Counted from the stretch's first letter, positions 40,384 through 50,676 are shown. The stretch: DNA of 64,000 bases from Bryobacterales bacterium (GCA_965214655.1 OZ243965.1:4186431-4250430); one strand, 5' to 3'. Translations and numbers: made by a program. The notes: a model not told the origin generated them from the letters alone.

Positions 40384-40575
40384 ACTTGGGACTCCCGGGT
40401 TGAGGCGTCTTGCGCCCGTCCGCGGCCCTCACGAGCGCTCCATTGGATGGCCCCGTATGCTCCTGCTCGGCCTGTTTCTTCCTTCGTTTGCCCCTCCGGC
40501 CTGCCCCTGGAATCCATGCCTCTGGAATCCATGCCTGTAACGGCGCGGCGAGGCGATCTGCAATACTGGGTAGCC

Positions 40576-41370
40576 ATGCGGCTGAACCGAACGAAACAGC
40601 GGCTGAAGGACGGCCATGCGGCCGTAGGCGTCAGTCACAGCCAGCTGGGGACCGCCGAAATCCCGAAAATGTTTGCGGCGGCGAACCTCGATTGGGTTTT
40701 TCTGGATTCGGAGCACAGCCCGTTTTCGAGCGATACGCTGCACGACCTCATCCGCGCGTATCTGATGACGGATGTCACCGTTGTCGTGCGCGTGTGCGAT
40801 TTCCAGTACGATCTGGTCGCCCGCGCGCTCGATTCCGGGGCCGAGGGCGTCATTTTCCCCCGGTGCGAGGATCCCGGCCAACTGGAGCAGGCGATTCGCG
40901 GCGCGAAGTTCCCGCCGCAGGGCCGCCGCGGATACGGATTGGGGCCGCCGCAAGTCGGCTACCGCGGGATGACGTTCGCGGAAATCATGAGCCATGCCAA
41001 CGAGCAGACGCTTTCGATTGCGCAAGTCGAATCGACAACGGCGCTGGAGCGGCTTGACGAGTTGGCCTCGGTTCCGGGACTCGACGCGCTGCTGGCGGGC
41101 CCCGCGGACCTCTCCGTCTCTCTTGGGGTTCCGGGCGACTGGAAGCATCCCAAGCTGGTCGCGGCGATCGACCGCATGATCGCGGTTTGCAACGACAAAG
41201 GCGTCTTTCCGGCGATTCAGGTGCGCAGTTTCGATCTGGCGGACTTCTGGATCGACCGCGGGATGAAGCTGATCGGCTGCGGCAACGAGTTGGCGATCCT
41301 TTGGGGCGCCGTCAGCGGGCTGGCGAAGCAACTCCGCGAAAAAGCCGACGGCTGCCGCGGCGGCGATTAG
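40576..41370 (+). CDS. HpcH/HpaI aldolase family protein
   Basis: DWVFLDSEH, ALDSGAEG, KFPPQGRRG, QVES, GPADLS. Confidence 0.92.
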   Translation: MRLNRTKQRLKDGHAAVGVSHSQLGTAEIPKMFAAANLDWVFLDSEHSPFSSDTLHDLIRAYLMTDVTVVVRVCDFQYDLVARALDSGAEGVIFPRCEDPGQLEQAIRGAKFPPQGRRGYGLGPPQVGYRGMTFAEIMSHANEQTLSIAQVESTTALERLDELASVPGLDALLAGPADLSVSLGVPGDWKHPKLVAAIDRMIAVCNDKGVFPAIQVRSFDLADFWIDRGMKLIGCGNELAILWGAVSGLAKQLREKADGCRGGD

Positions 41371-42881
41371 GCAAGCCGGCGCGCGCCGCTTCGCCGGAAT
41401 TGAACCTCGAGTTTCCGCCGCCAGTCTTCGCCGACGCCGATTCGTTCCACCGCGACTTCGGGCGCGAAAAACTGCAAGACGGTTTCCGTGGTCGGGTGGA
41501 ATTCGAGCGCCGGTGCCACCAGCAGCAAGCGCGGCGCCTGGCGTGAGAGATGCTCGCCGGCGAAGTAGCCTTTCTCGTGAAACCGGCCGTGCTCGAGGCG
41601 CCACTTCACGCACATCCAATAATCGAGGCCCTGCAGCGGCAGATGGATGTCCTCCGAGGCTTTGAGCTCGAGAATCGCCGGCCGCCCGTCGATATCGCGG
41701 GCGAGCAGGTCGATGACCCCGCGTTCCCGTCCGCTTATGGCCGGAACGTTGGCGTAAAGCGGCGTTGCGGCAAGCCGGGGGTCGATTTCCGCAATGGCGC
41801 GCCGTACTTGGGATTCGAGCCAACGCTCGGGGTATTGCGTATAGAGCGGATTGCGGCTGTCGGGCGGCGGCGCCGAGCGCAGCCGCAGGATCTCGCGGGC
41901 AAGGGCGCTGACGCGGTCGAAGTTGCGGTCGGTGACCGGACTCCTGCGGTCGAGCCCGTAGGTCATGCGCTTGCCCGCGACCCGTGCGAATTCGATTCCG
42001 CGCGCCCGCAGGGAAATTGCGCCGTCGGCGCCGTAGATGCAGTCGATACGGTCGTCGCTGAGAATCTCGCGCAGCCGCTGCCGCACGACGCCGGAGGGCG
42101 GTTCCGGCGCCATGCAGGGTTCCAATCGGGTGCGGATGTTGCCGTGGTCGGCGGCGTCGACTTCCGTGAGATTGCCGCGGCGGTCGAACTCGTGGACCTC
42201 GAAGCGGAAATCCCGCGTCAGAAAGTTCAGGCGGCGGGCGGTTGCCGCCGCATGGCCGGCGGGCAGAAACAGCTTGAGTCCCGTCGCGATTCCTTCGCCG
42301 CTTCGGTGGAGAATGTCGAGCCAGATCAGCCCCGTTGTCAGGATACGGTCCGCGGCCGCCGAGGCTTGGTTTTCGGAAACGCCGATGACGGCCCACTGCT
42401 TCGTTCCGCGTTTCAAGACGGCGCGGGTGAAAAGCGGCGACAACGAGCGTTCGAGATCTGCGCCGCTGGAAAGCCGCTCGAGAGTCCAACCCTTGTAATG
42501 CCGCGAAAGCATGCGGCGAAAGAACTCCCGGAAGACCATCCGGCGGGCGCCGCGCAGCGCGGAGGGGCCTTTCGTTGCTTGATCGATCAGGCTCAGCGCG
42601 GCGTTTCCGCCGCCGAAGCGGGAGGCGCTCAACTCGACGCGGCCGACGCTCTCGGCAACGACGGCGGTGATGCGCCGCACCAGGTTGCCGGTCTCCGACC
42701 AAACGTGCAGCAAGCACCCCCGAGGGCCGGCTTCGACCGAGTAGCGGTTCGGCTCGATGGAGATCGGAACTTCGCCTTCTTCGATCAGCACCGGCCGGCT
42801 AAACCGATCGATGCACGATTCGATCGTGCGCTTGACGCTGTCGGGGTCTGTGCTTGCAGCCTTTTGGGAAGCAACCCGCAT
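41367..42881 (-). CDS. Hypothetical protein with C-terminal PD-(D/E)XK (NucS-like) nuclease domain
   Basis: PERWLES...GVIDLLARD...ILELKASEDIHLPLQGLDYW...LLLVAP fits the E..D..ExK..Q..Y pattern. Confidence 0.7.
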   Translation of the reverse strand: MRVASQKAASTDPDSVKRTIESCIDRFSRPVLIEEGEVPISIEPNRYSVEAGPRGCLLHVWSETGNLVRRITAVVAESVGRVELSASRFGGGNAALSLIDQATKGPSALRGARRMVFREFFRRMLSRHYKGWTLERLSSGADLERSLSPLFTRAVLKRGTKQWAVIGVSENQASAAADRILTTGLIWLDILHRSGEGIATGLKLFLPAGHAAATARRLNFLTRDFRFEVHEFDRRGNLTEVDAADHGNIRTRLEPCMAPEPPSGVVRQRLREILSDDRIDCIYGADGAISLRARGIEFARVAGKRMTYGLDRRSPVTDRNFDRVSALAREILRLRSAPPPDSRNPLYTQYPERWLESQVRRAIAEIDPRLAATPLYANVPAISGRERGVIDLLARDIDGRPAILELKASEDIHLPLQGLDYWMCVKWRLEHGRFHEKGYFAGEHLSRQAPRLLLVAPALEFHPTTETVLQFFAPEVAVERIGVGEDWRRKLEVQFRRSGARRLA

Positions 42882-42993
42882 GGATTCGGCCCCTTGGCGG
42901 CGCGGCCAGTGAGACGGGAATCCGCGGCGCAGGGTAGCTCATTCTAGCGAGATGTCCGCCGGGACGGAAAAGGGGCGTTGCTAGAATGCAGGG

Positions 42994-44196
42994 ATGCTCG
43001 CCGATGCCGGGCGCCGGCATACTCCGGAGCCGGTGTACGTGCGCTTCGCCATGCTTGGGCTGTTCAGCTTGGGCATGGGCTTGGCGCTGCTCGGCGCCGG
43101 CCTGCAGCTTTGGCCGCTGCAACTCTCGTTGGATGCGCGGGCCGCGGGCAATGCTTTCCCGGCGTTGGCTGCCGGGCTTTCGACCGCGTTTTTTCTGGGC
43201 CGCGAGCCGGCCGAGACCGTCGGCCCCGGCGCCCGCGTCCTGTTCGTTACGTCCGGAATTCTGGCCGCAACGGCTTTGGCGGCGATGTCGTTCGCCTACG
43301 ACGCCGCTTGGCTGCTCGGCCTTACTTTTGTGCTGGGGGCGTCTCTGGGAGGTTTTGCCGCCGCCGTAGCCGCTCTTCTGCCGCGAATCCTGACTCCGAA
43401 ACGCGCGCCCGCGGTGCTCGATCTGGCCGGAGTGAGCTTTTGCCTTGGTGGGCTCGCGGGATGTCTGACGATTCGCGCGGCGGTGGGTTTCGCATCGCTG
43501 GACGGCATCTTGCGCTTCCTGGCCGTATTGCCGCTCCTGGTTGCGGTTGCGGCTTCGCGAGCCTGGCAGTTTCGGTTCCCGCTCCCGAGCGCCGACCGCG
43601 CTCCGGCCGGCCGGCCGGCAACGTTTTCCCTGAATTTTTTTCTGCTGAGCTTCAGTCTGTTGCTGCAGTCCGCCGCCTATGGGATTGCCGCTTGTTGGCT
43701 GACGGTATACCTGTCGCGCGGGCTCGGTCTTGCCAGCCGAGGCAGCCTCACGGTGCTGATTGTTTTTTGGGCGTCTGCGGCGGCGGGCCGGGCGGCGGCC
43801 GCCCGCTTGCCTTCTTTAAGGGACAACTTGTTATCCCTGGCCGGTCCAACGGCGGCATCCTGTCTGGGCTGCGTGTTTTTACTGCAGACCGCGCGGCCTT
43901 CCGGGGCCGCTGTCGGGGCGGCGCTGCTGGGCTTGGGTCTGGGCGCTCTGCACCTGTTGACTTTGCGTATGATGGAGTGTCGCCGGACCGCCGCCCGGCG
44001 GAGTCGGTTGAGCGTGCTGCTGTTTTCTTCGCTCCTGGTCGCTCTGGCTGCGTGTTGGCCCGTGGGGCGTTTGCAGGGCGCGTGGGGCATCGAGCTCGTG
44101 ATCTGGGCCCCGCTCGGCTGCGCGTTGGCGGCCGCGGCCGCCCTTCTGGTTTTTGTGATTGAGAATCGCGTGAGCGGAACATCGGCGTTGGCGTAA
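42994..44196 (+). CDS. MFS-type transporter
   Basis: 400 aa with about 12 hydrophobic segments; divergent. Confidence 0.7.
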   Translation: MLADAGRRHTPEPVYVRFAMLGLFSLGMGLALLGAGLQLWPLQLSLDARAAGNAFPALAAGLSTAFFLGREPAETVGPGARVLFVTSGILAATALAAMSFAYDAAWLLGLTFVLGASLGGFAAAVAALLPRILTPKRAPAVLDLAGVSFCLGGLAGCLTIRAAVGFASLDGILRFLAVLPLLVAVAASRAWQFRFPLPSADRAPAGRPATFSLNFFLLSFSLLLQSAAYGIAACWLTVYLSRGLGLASRGSLTVLIVFWASAAAGRAAAARLPSLRDNLLSLAGPTAASCLGCVFLLQTARPSGAAVGAALLGLGLGALHLLTLRMMECRRTAARRSRLSVLLFSSLLVALAACWPVGRLQGAWGIELVIWAPLGCALAAAAALLVFVIENRVSGTSALA

Positions 44197-44235
44197 AAAA
44201 TTCCGGCCGGGCAGGCCGGCTTCCATTCACACTGC

Positions 44236-45498
44236 ATGGCGGTACGGTCAACAGAGCCGAAGTACATCGCGGTGCTGGCGATTTCGTCGGCGCTCATCCT
44301 CGCGGTGGGGGTGCTCATACGCCCGCAGCCGGAAAAGGCCGAGCTTGGCGCGGCGCCCACGCCGAGTGAGCGCGTAAGACTCGAGCGGCTCACGCAGAGA
44401 CGGTCCGTTGAAGATTTCGCGGAGTATTTCGCGCATGTCGCCGGATTGGTCGAAGAGACCGTTCTGCTCTTGGATGCCAGCGAGCGCACCGGCCTGATCT
44501 GGGAACCGGACTCCGTGCTCACCGCCGCCAGGCGAGGGCCTTTCCCGAGCGTGGACAGAACCGTTTTGCACGGGGACGAGATCGAGCTCGCCACGGAAAT
44601 TGCCGGGCCGCATCTGCCCTACGTCTTGCTGCGCACGCCGGTCGATGTCATCCCCAGTCAGCGCGTGCCCGTGCGCTTCTACTCGCCCGGTTCCTGGCTT
44701 GTGGCCGTATGGCGGGCGCCGGACGGCAGCATGCGTTACACCACGGGCTACCTGCTGGGAATCGCCGAGCGCTCTTGCTCCGGCGTCGACGTTACCGAAG
44801 TGCTGACGAATTTCAACATACGCACGCTCAATCCCGGCAGCGGCCTTTTCGATCTCGATGGAAATCTGGTCGCGGTGGCGTTGGCCTGTGAAATCGAGAC
44901 AATCGCCGTCGATGCCGACGCTTTGGCTTCCGCCGTTCGCCGGGATAATTCGCTGGAAGCGCGGCTGGTCGAGCGTCACGGCATGCGCGTCGATACCGCA
45001 ACGCGACGGGAATCGGCGTATTTTCAACGCCCGGGCGGCGTTATCGTTCGCGAGTTGTGGAGCGATTACGGGGCCTATCGAGCCGGACTGCTGCCGGGCG
45101 ATTTTATTTTGGCGATCGACGGGCACGATGTCGAAACCGTTGCGGATCTGGAAAAGCTGACGCTTCCGGTGTCCGGCGAAATGCTTGAGTTGGATGTTTG
45201 GCGGGCCAAGCGCCGCCAGACGTTTTCGCTGCCGGCAAGGTTCGCGCCGTCCGCCGCGCAGCCGTCTCACGGATTCGTCGGGCGCGAGGACGGCCTGCCG
45301 ATTGCGAGGGCCGCAGAGGGCAGTCTCGCCGAACGGGCCGGCGCAAGGGCCGGCGACCGGCTCATCGCCGTGAATCAGATTCGGCCGCAGTCGTTTGCCG
45401 ATGTCGAGCGGATGTTCACTCGAGCGCAGGGCGGCTCGGTTCATCTCATCTTCGAGCGGGACGGGCGCCTGTGGGGGTTGCTGGCGGAACAACCATGA
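44236..45498 (+). CDS. Membrane-anchored PDZ protein with degenerate trypsin/HtrA-like domain
   Basis: N-terminal TM; LNPGSGLFDLDGNLVAV in place of GNSGGPL; two PDZ motifs (AGLLPGDFILAIDG, AGARAGDRLIAVN). Confidence 0.7.
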   Translation: MAVRSTEPKYIAVLAISSALILAVGVLIRPQPEKAELGAAPTPSERVRLERLTQRRSVEDFAEYFAHVAGLVEETVLLLDASERTGLIWEPDSVLTAARRGPFPSVDRTVLHGDEIELATEIAGPHLPYVLLRTPVDVIPSQRVPVRFYSPGSWLVAVWRAPDGSMRYTTGYLLGIAERSCSGVDVTEVLTNFNIRTLNPGSGLFDLDGNLVAVALACEIETIAVDADALASAVRRDNSLEARLVERHGMRVDTATRRESAYFQRPGGVIVRELWSDYGAYRAGLLPGDFILAIDGHDVETVADLEKLTLPVSGEMLELDVWRAKRRQTFSLPARFAPSAAQPSHGFVGREDGLPIARAAEGSLAERAGARAGDRLIAVNQIRPQSFADVERMFTRAQGGSVHLIFERDGRLWGLLAEQP

Positions 45499-46703
45499 AT
45501 GAACTGTCCTCGCTCGGGCTCATTCTGTTGCTGGCGCTGCTGGCGGGCAACTTGGTCAAGGTCATCCGCGTTCCCGAGGTGACGGGCTACATCCTTGCCG
45601 GCGTTGTGCTGGGGCCGTCGGTTCTCGGCTGGGTCAGCCACGACAACCTGCAGGCTCTCGAAGTGCTCAGCGAAGTCGCGCTCGGCCTGATCCTGTTCTC
45701 TATCGGTTCGATCTTCGAGTTCAAACGCTTTCGGCGAATCGGAGACCGGATCGTGCGCTTGACGCTGATCGAATCGGCGCTGGCCGCGGCGCTGGTGATC
45801 GTCAGCATCCTCGTTTTGGGGCAGAGTTGGCAAATCGCATTGCTGCTCGGCGCCATCGCGATCGCCACCGCTCCGGCTTCGACCTTGATGGTGGTCCGCG
45901 AATGCAACGGCCGCGGGCCGTTGAGCGAAGCGCTGCTGGGCATTATCGCCGTCAACAACATCATCTGCATCATCGTCTATCTTTCGTTCGCGGCCGGCAT
46001 CAACCTGGTGAACCATTGGGGAGACACGGCGATCGGAATCTCGCTGTACCGGGCGGGCTTTCCGCTCGTCTGGCAATTGGTGGGGTCGGCCGCCCTGGGT
46101 TTTTTGGTCGGTTTGCTGCTTGCGGGGTGGTCGACGCAGGTAACGGAAACGGGTGAGATGCTTATTTTGCTCGCCGGCTCGATCTTGCTTTGCGTCGGCG
46201 CGGCGCGGATTTTCGATATCTCGGCATTGGTGGCGAGTCTGGCCGTCGGCGCCACCATGGCCAACCTCTCGCGCAGAAGCCGCAGACTGTTCAAGACGCT
46301 GGAGGGGACCGATCCGCCTTTTTACGCCATCTTTTTCGTGATCGCCGGCGCCGACCTGAACCTGGAGCTCGTCTCTTCGATGGGCGCGCTCGGGTTCGCC
46401 TATCTTGCCGCGCGCGCTTGCGGCAAGTTCATCGGGGCGGGCATCGGAGCGAAGCGGCTCAAGATGGAGCCGCAGGTGCAGCGGTTTCTGGGTTTCGGCC
46501 TGATGGCCCAGGCCGGTTTGGCCGTTGGCCTCACGATTACCGTCGGCAGGCAGTTCCCGGAGTATTATCCGGTGATCTCGACGGTCATCCTCTCGTCGGT
46601 AACCCTGAATGAGATGTTCGGGCCGATCAGCGCGAAGTTCGCGATCGTCCAGAGCGGAGAGGCCAGGATAGGCGGCGAAACGGCGGAATCGATCTGGGTA
46701 TGA
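45495..46703 (+). CDS. Cation:proton antiporter (Na+/H+ exchanger family)
   Basis: ATGA overlap; VPEVTGYILAG, ATAPAST, IFFVIAGA, QAGLAVGL. Confidence 0.9.
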   Translation: MNELSSLGLILLLALLAGNLVKVIRVPEVTGYILAGVVLGPSVLGWVSHDNLQALEVLSEVALGLILFSIGSIFEFKRFRRIGDRIVRLTLIESALAAALVIVSILVLGQSWQIALLLGAIAIATAPASTLMVVRECNGRGPLSEALLGIIAVNNIICIIVYLSFAAGINLVNHWGDTAIGISLYRAGFPLVWQLVGSAALGFLVGLLLAGWSTQVTETGEMLILLAGSILLCVGAARIFDISALVASLAVGATMANLSRRSRRLFKTLEGTDPPFYAIFFVIAGADLNLELVSSMGALGFAYLAARACGKFIGAGIGAKRLKMEPQVQRFLGFGLMAQAGLAVGLTITVGRQFPEYYPVISTVILSSVTLNEMFGPISAKFAIVQSGEARIGGETAESIWV

Positions 46704-46888
46704 CCGTTTCGAGCAGCTCGGAGTCCGGCGCGCGATTCGAGCCGCTCGGCGGAACCAAACGGTGCTCGACCGAGGTTGCCGTGAAATTCATGACGCACCG
46801 CCCGATAGCGAGAAGACGGTCTTTGCCGGTTCGGACGTATGGACTCAAGCGCGGAGCGCCGTTGCGTCCGCTTCGCTGAAGCTGCAAG

Positions 46889-47701
46889 ATGCACGAGATT
46901 CTGCCGTATTTGCGCACAGGAGAATACGTCCTGGATCTGGGTTGCGGGAGAAAGGGCAGCTTCGACCCGCAACGGTATCCGTTCGTTACGGTTCGCGCGG
47001 ACATCGACTGCTTCCCCGGAGGGGGCAACTCGGTGCGGGCCGACGCCGCGCGGTTGCCTTTCCGAGACGGGGCGTTCGACGCCGTGATCTGTAACCACGG
47101 ACTGGAGCACTTCGAGAACCTCGACCGGGCGCTTCTGGAATTGGGACGGATCGCCAAACGGACGGCGGCGGTTTACTTGTCCGTTCCGGATGCCGGCTCC
47201 CTGACGGACCGCGTTTACCGCTGGCTGGGCCGAGGCGGAGGACACGTCAACGGTTTTCGCTCTGCGAGGCGTCTGAGCCGGCGGGTCGAAACGCGGACCG
47301 GACTGCATCATCGGGGCACACGGACACTTTTTACGTCGCTGTCGTTTCTCAATTGCAAAAACAGGGTTGCCCCCGCTCCCAGGAAACAACTTCTGCTGGG
47401 CGGAGGCAATGAGAACGTCCTGATCCTGCTGAATTATTTTTTTCGGATGTGCGATCGTCTTTTGGGAACCCGTTCGGCCGTTTACGGGTGGGCGATGTAC
47501 TTCGGCCAAGTGCCGGGAGCAATCGACAGAGAGCCGTGGGTGAACGTCTGCGTGCGCTGCGGCTCCGGGCACAAGGAGGCGTCGCTCGCCGAGGCGGGCA
47601 GAGTGCGGCGCCGGTATTTGGCTTTTCCTGCCTGGGTCTGTCCGACCTGCAGCGCAATAAATCTTCTGACTCCGGACAAGAGCTTGTCCGCAATGCAGTG
47701 A
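46889..47701 (+). CDS. Class I SAM-dependent methyltransferase with C-terminal zinc-ribbon cysteines
   Basis: VLDLGCG, ADAARLPFRDGAFDAV, LEH; CVRC...CPTC. Confidence 0.85.
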   Translation: MHEILPYLRTGEYVLDLGCGRKGSFDPQRYPFVTVRADIDCFPGGGNSVRADAARLPFRDGAFDAVICNHGLEHFENLDRALLELGRIAKRTAAVYLSVPDAGSLTDRVYRWLGRGGGHVNGFRSARRLSRRVETRTGLHHRGTRTLFTSLSFLNCKNRVAPAPRKQLLLGGGNENVLILLNYFFRMCDRLLGTRSAVYGWAMYFGQVPGAIDREPWVNVCVRCGSGHKEASLAEAGRVRRRYLAFPAWVCPTCSAINLLTPDKSLSAMQ

Positions 47702-47933
47702 GGGTTGAGGGAGACCGCCCCGACTGTCTTTTCGACCCGCGCAAGCGTCTTTTCGGCCCGCGCAAGCGGCGACGAAGCCGACGACTGGAAATGGCCGCCG
47801 CCCAATGGGGTACGCGCCTTTGCCCATCGTCCAGGCAGAGAATTCGACGCCGAAATCCTGGAGCGCCCACGCGGCGGCGCGTCGGTCCCCGGGCGCGTAA
47901 CGCCGCTTGCGTCACTTTTGCCGCGGGCTGCTG

Positions 47934-48338
47934 CTAAAGCAGCGCGGAGTCCAGCACGCGCTCCGCGGGAGCGGGCGGGCGGGCCTGCCGCCGCGCGGCG
48001 ATGAGGTGCTCGAGAAGCCGTTGACTGGAATCGCCGAAGAAGTCGTGAACGAGACGGTCGAGCGCGAGCTGCAGGGCGTCGTCTTCGTGCATGACCGGCG
48101 CGTAGCGGTAACTGCGGCCTTGCTTCGCCCTTTTGACGATCCCCTTTCGCGTGAGGCGGTCCAACATGGTCATCACCGTGGTGTAGGCGAGCGGTTTTCG
48201 ATCCTGCATCTGCTCTTGCACTTGGCCGACCGTGCCGTCCCCCAGCCGCCACAACGCCTTCATGACTTCCATTTCCAAAGCCGGCGGGAGCTTGCGCGGC
48301 TGCGGCGCGCCGGCCTGCGATCCAAGCATGTCGTCCAT
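47934..48338 (-). CDS. BlaI/MecI/CopY family transcriptional regulator
   Basis: LEMEVMKALW, LAYTTVMTMLDRLTRKG, FFGDS. Confidence 0.92.
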   Translation of the reverse strand: MDDMLGSQAGAPQPRKLPPALEMEVMKALWRLGDGTVGQVQEQMQDRKPLAYTTVMTMLDRLTRKGIVKRAKQGRSYRYAPVMHEDDALQLALDRLVHDFFGDSSQRLLEHLIAARRQARPPAPAERVLDSALL

Positions 48339-48447
48339 GGGAGTAGAACCGTGTTTGAGGCGAGCATACCATGTTACGAACACTTTTGTCCAAAAATGTT
48401 TCGATGCGCGCAGTTTTTCGGCGCGCTCCAATCCCGCTTTTTTCCGC

Positions 48448-50460
48448 TCAGCCGGGTTTCTTCGAGGCGCGCGGGCGGCGGGCGAGGAACCACCAGACCA
48501 GGCCGCCGCAAGCCGTCAAGCCCGAGAGAAGCTCGGCAAGCTGCATTTCGAGACCCCCGTCGTAGGTCAGCTCCACTGTGCAAGTCCCTTGGCAGCGGGG
48601 TTCGATCACCATGAAGCCGAGTCCGTCCTTGCGGATTGCGCGCGGCTCGCCGTTGACTGAGGCGCTCCAGCCGGGATGGTAAGCGATCTGGACGAAAAGC
48701 AGATGCCGTTCTGCAAGGGAGGCCGAGATCAGAGCGCGGTCCGGGCCTTGCCAGGCGAAGGCTGCGAGCGGCAGGGAGGCGTCTTCCAATGCGTCCGCCA
48801 GAGGCCGGACGGGCTCCATGTCGATATTGTTGACCGGCGGGCGTTTTACCATGTGCTCCGCAAGGATGGCGTGGGCCAATGACGCGGAGCGCTGCGGGAC
48901 GGCATAGATGACGTCGCCGCGGTTGCGCCAAAGCGCGGGCAAAACCCCCTCGAACTTGTCGGGGTCGCGCCAGTTCTGCGGGTAGGCGTCCCGGCTCTCG
49001 GGCCCGCTGACAACCACCGCTTGCGCGCCGTACAGCCGCAGCCAAAGCGCGGTGTTTGCGCCGTCGTTCTGCGTATGGGGGATGCCGTAATGAACGATGG
49101 GGATTTGTCTGTTGACAATGCCTTGAGCGAAGCCGCCTCCGATCTGCGGGTTGTCGGCAAACGCGTTGAGCCAGAATTGAGTGGACCCGGTAACGAAGAC
49201 GCGGGCGCCCGGCAGATTTTCCCGGAGCCAGGACGCTGCCTGGCGCTCGACCGTTTGGGTGATGTCGATCGGTTGGATCAGCTCGCGCGCCCGGCCGCGG
49301 TAGTTGCCGAACTGCCACAGGGCCGCGGCGGCGAGCCCGAATGCCAGGCATGCCTTCAATTTGAGAGGAGAGCGGTCAGCAAGGCGGACGAATGCGCAGG
49401 CGCCGAGCAGACAGAGCGCCATTTCCATCTCATGGCGGTAGCGGGAGGGCTGCGGCATGAGATGGACGCCGAACCAGGCATCGGCCAGCACGAGCGCCGC
49501 GAAAAACAGCGCCAGAAACACGCCGAAGCTTGCCGCCAGTGAAGTTTGCAGCCTGCGGCAGAGCCATCTCACCGAGGCGGCGGCCGACGCGATAAGAGCG
49601 GCGTAGCCCAAGTGGTGGAGCGTCAGCGGATACCGCCCGACGACGTGTTGGGCGTTGTGCCGAATGTCGCCGAGCGTCGAGGGGGGAATCCAAGGCGCGG
49701 CCAAAGCATAGGCGATTCCTCCGACGCAACAGGCCAGAGCCGCCGTTCGGCCCCACGACGGTTCGTTCGAACGCGCGAGCAGATAGCTGAGAACCGCCAG
49801 GGCCAAGGAGAACGCGCCGAGCCAGTTGGTCAGTACGACGGCGGCAAGAGCGGCGGCCGCAAGGTAGATCGGGCCGGGCTTCCGCCTCTCCAGCGCGTGG
49901 TGCAGGGCGAGGACGGCGAGCGGCGCCAGCGCAAGAGATGCGATATGCGGGCCGTCGCCGAATACGACCAGAGCGTCGAGGCGGTAGGGATTTGCGAAGA
50001 TTTGTTCCCAGGATTGCGCCGTTTCGACGAAGGGAATCGCCGGCGAAACGAGCGAATAGGCCAATCCGGCCGGGAAGCCTACCGACAGCCTTCCTGAAAA
50101 TTTCAGAGCGAGAAAGAAAAGCGTAACCGGCCCCAGGCAGTACAGGAAGGCCGTCACGGCGTGGTGCGCCAGAGCGGGGGACGCTCCCGAAACCCATGCC
50201 GCGGCGGCGACTGCCAGGTGCAGCAGCGGCGGGTAGGTGTTCTGGTAGGGAATGCCGCAATACCAGAGAGGGAACCAGCCGAAGTCGAACGGGCGTTCCA
50301 GCGCATAGCGGCTGATGCCGATGTAGGCCGCTTCGATGGAGCCCATGTGCCGGGTGTATTCGGTAAAGAAAAGCTCCCTGCAGATCAGCGCATTGACGGC
50401 GAACAGGAGACACGCCCCGGCCGCGGCGCGCCACGAGAGCAGGCGATCTGGGTCGTTCAT
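48448..50460 (-). CDS. Polytopic membrane protein (PTPS-related/YfhO, GT-C-like)
   Basis: WFPLWYCGIPYQNTYPPL, many TM helices, AYHPGWSASVNG YfhO-like tail. Confidence 0.72.
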   Translation of the reverse strand: MNDPDRLLSWRAAAGACLLFAVNALICRELFFTEYTRHMGSIEAAYIGISRYALERPFDFGWFPLWYCGIPYQNTYPPLLHLAVAAAAWVSGASPALAHHAVTAFLYCLGPVTLFFLALKFSGRLSVGFPAGLAYSLVSPAIPFVETAQSWEQIFANPYRLDALVVFGDGPHIASLALAPLAVLALHHALERRKPGPIYLAAAALAAVVLTNWLGAFSLALAVLSYLLARSNEPSWGRTAALACCVGGIAYALAAPWIPPSTLGDIRHNAQHVVGRYPLTLHHLGYAALIASAAASVRWLCRRLQTSLAASFGVFLALFFAALVLADAWFGVHLMPQPSRYRHEMEMALCLLGACAFVRLADRSPLKLKACLAFGLAAAALWQFGNYRGRARELIQPIDITQTVERQAASWLRENLPGARVFVTGSTQFWLNAFADNPQIGGGFAQGIVNRQIPIVHYGIPHTQNDGANTALWLRLYGAQAVVVSGPESRDAYPQNWRDPDKFEGVLPALWRNRGDVIYAVPQRSASLAHAILAEHMVKRPPVNNIDMEPVRPLADALEDASLPLAAFAWQGPDRALISASLAERHLLFVQIAYHPGWSASVNGEPRAIRKDGLGFMVIEPRCQGTCTVELTYDGGLEMQLAELLSGLTACGGLVWWFLARRPRASKKPG

Positions 50461-50640
50461 GAGCGGATGCCGGGTGAGCCGCAGAGACGGGCGAAGCGTC
50501 CTTCGGCTCCGCGCGGGCGCGCCGCGGGGTGCACGACGCCGTCCCGAAGCGCAGGCGTGTCAATTGTATAAAATTCGCGGTGCTGCAAGAGTTTGTGGCG
50601 GAGGCCCCGAACCATCGGCTGCAATAAGGTCTCGATTACG

Positions 50641-50676
50641 AAAATTCGGCGAAATAACAAAATTCGGCAAAATAAC
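50641..50676. repeat. 18-bp tandem duplication upstream of nrdJ
   Basis: AAAATTCGGCGAAATAAC AAAATTCGGCAAAATAAC. Confidence 0.8.

Noticed and set aside
47934..48400. BlaI/BlaR beta-lactam regulon with the serine hydrolase at 38.8 kb
   Set aside because: No adjacent M56 sensor, no clear operator, and the genes are 8 kb apart
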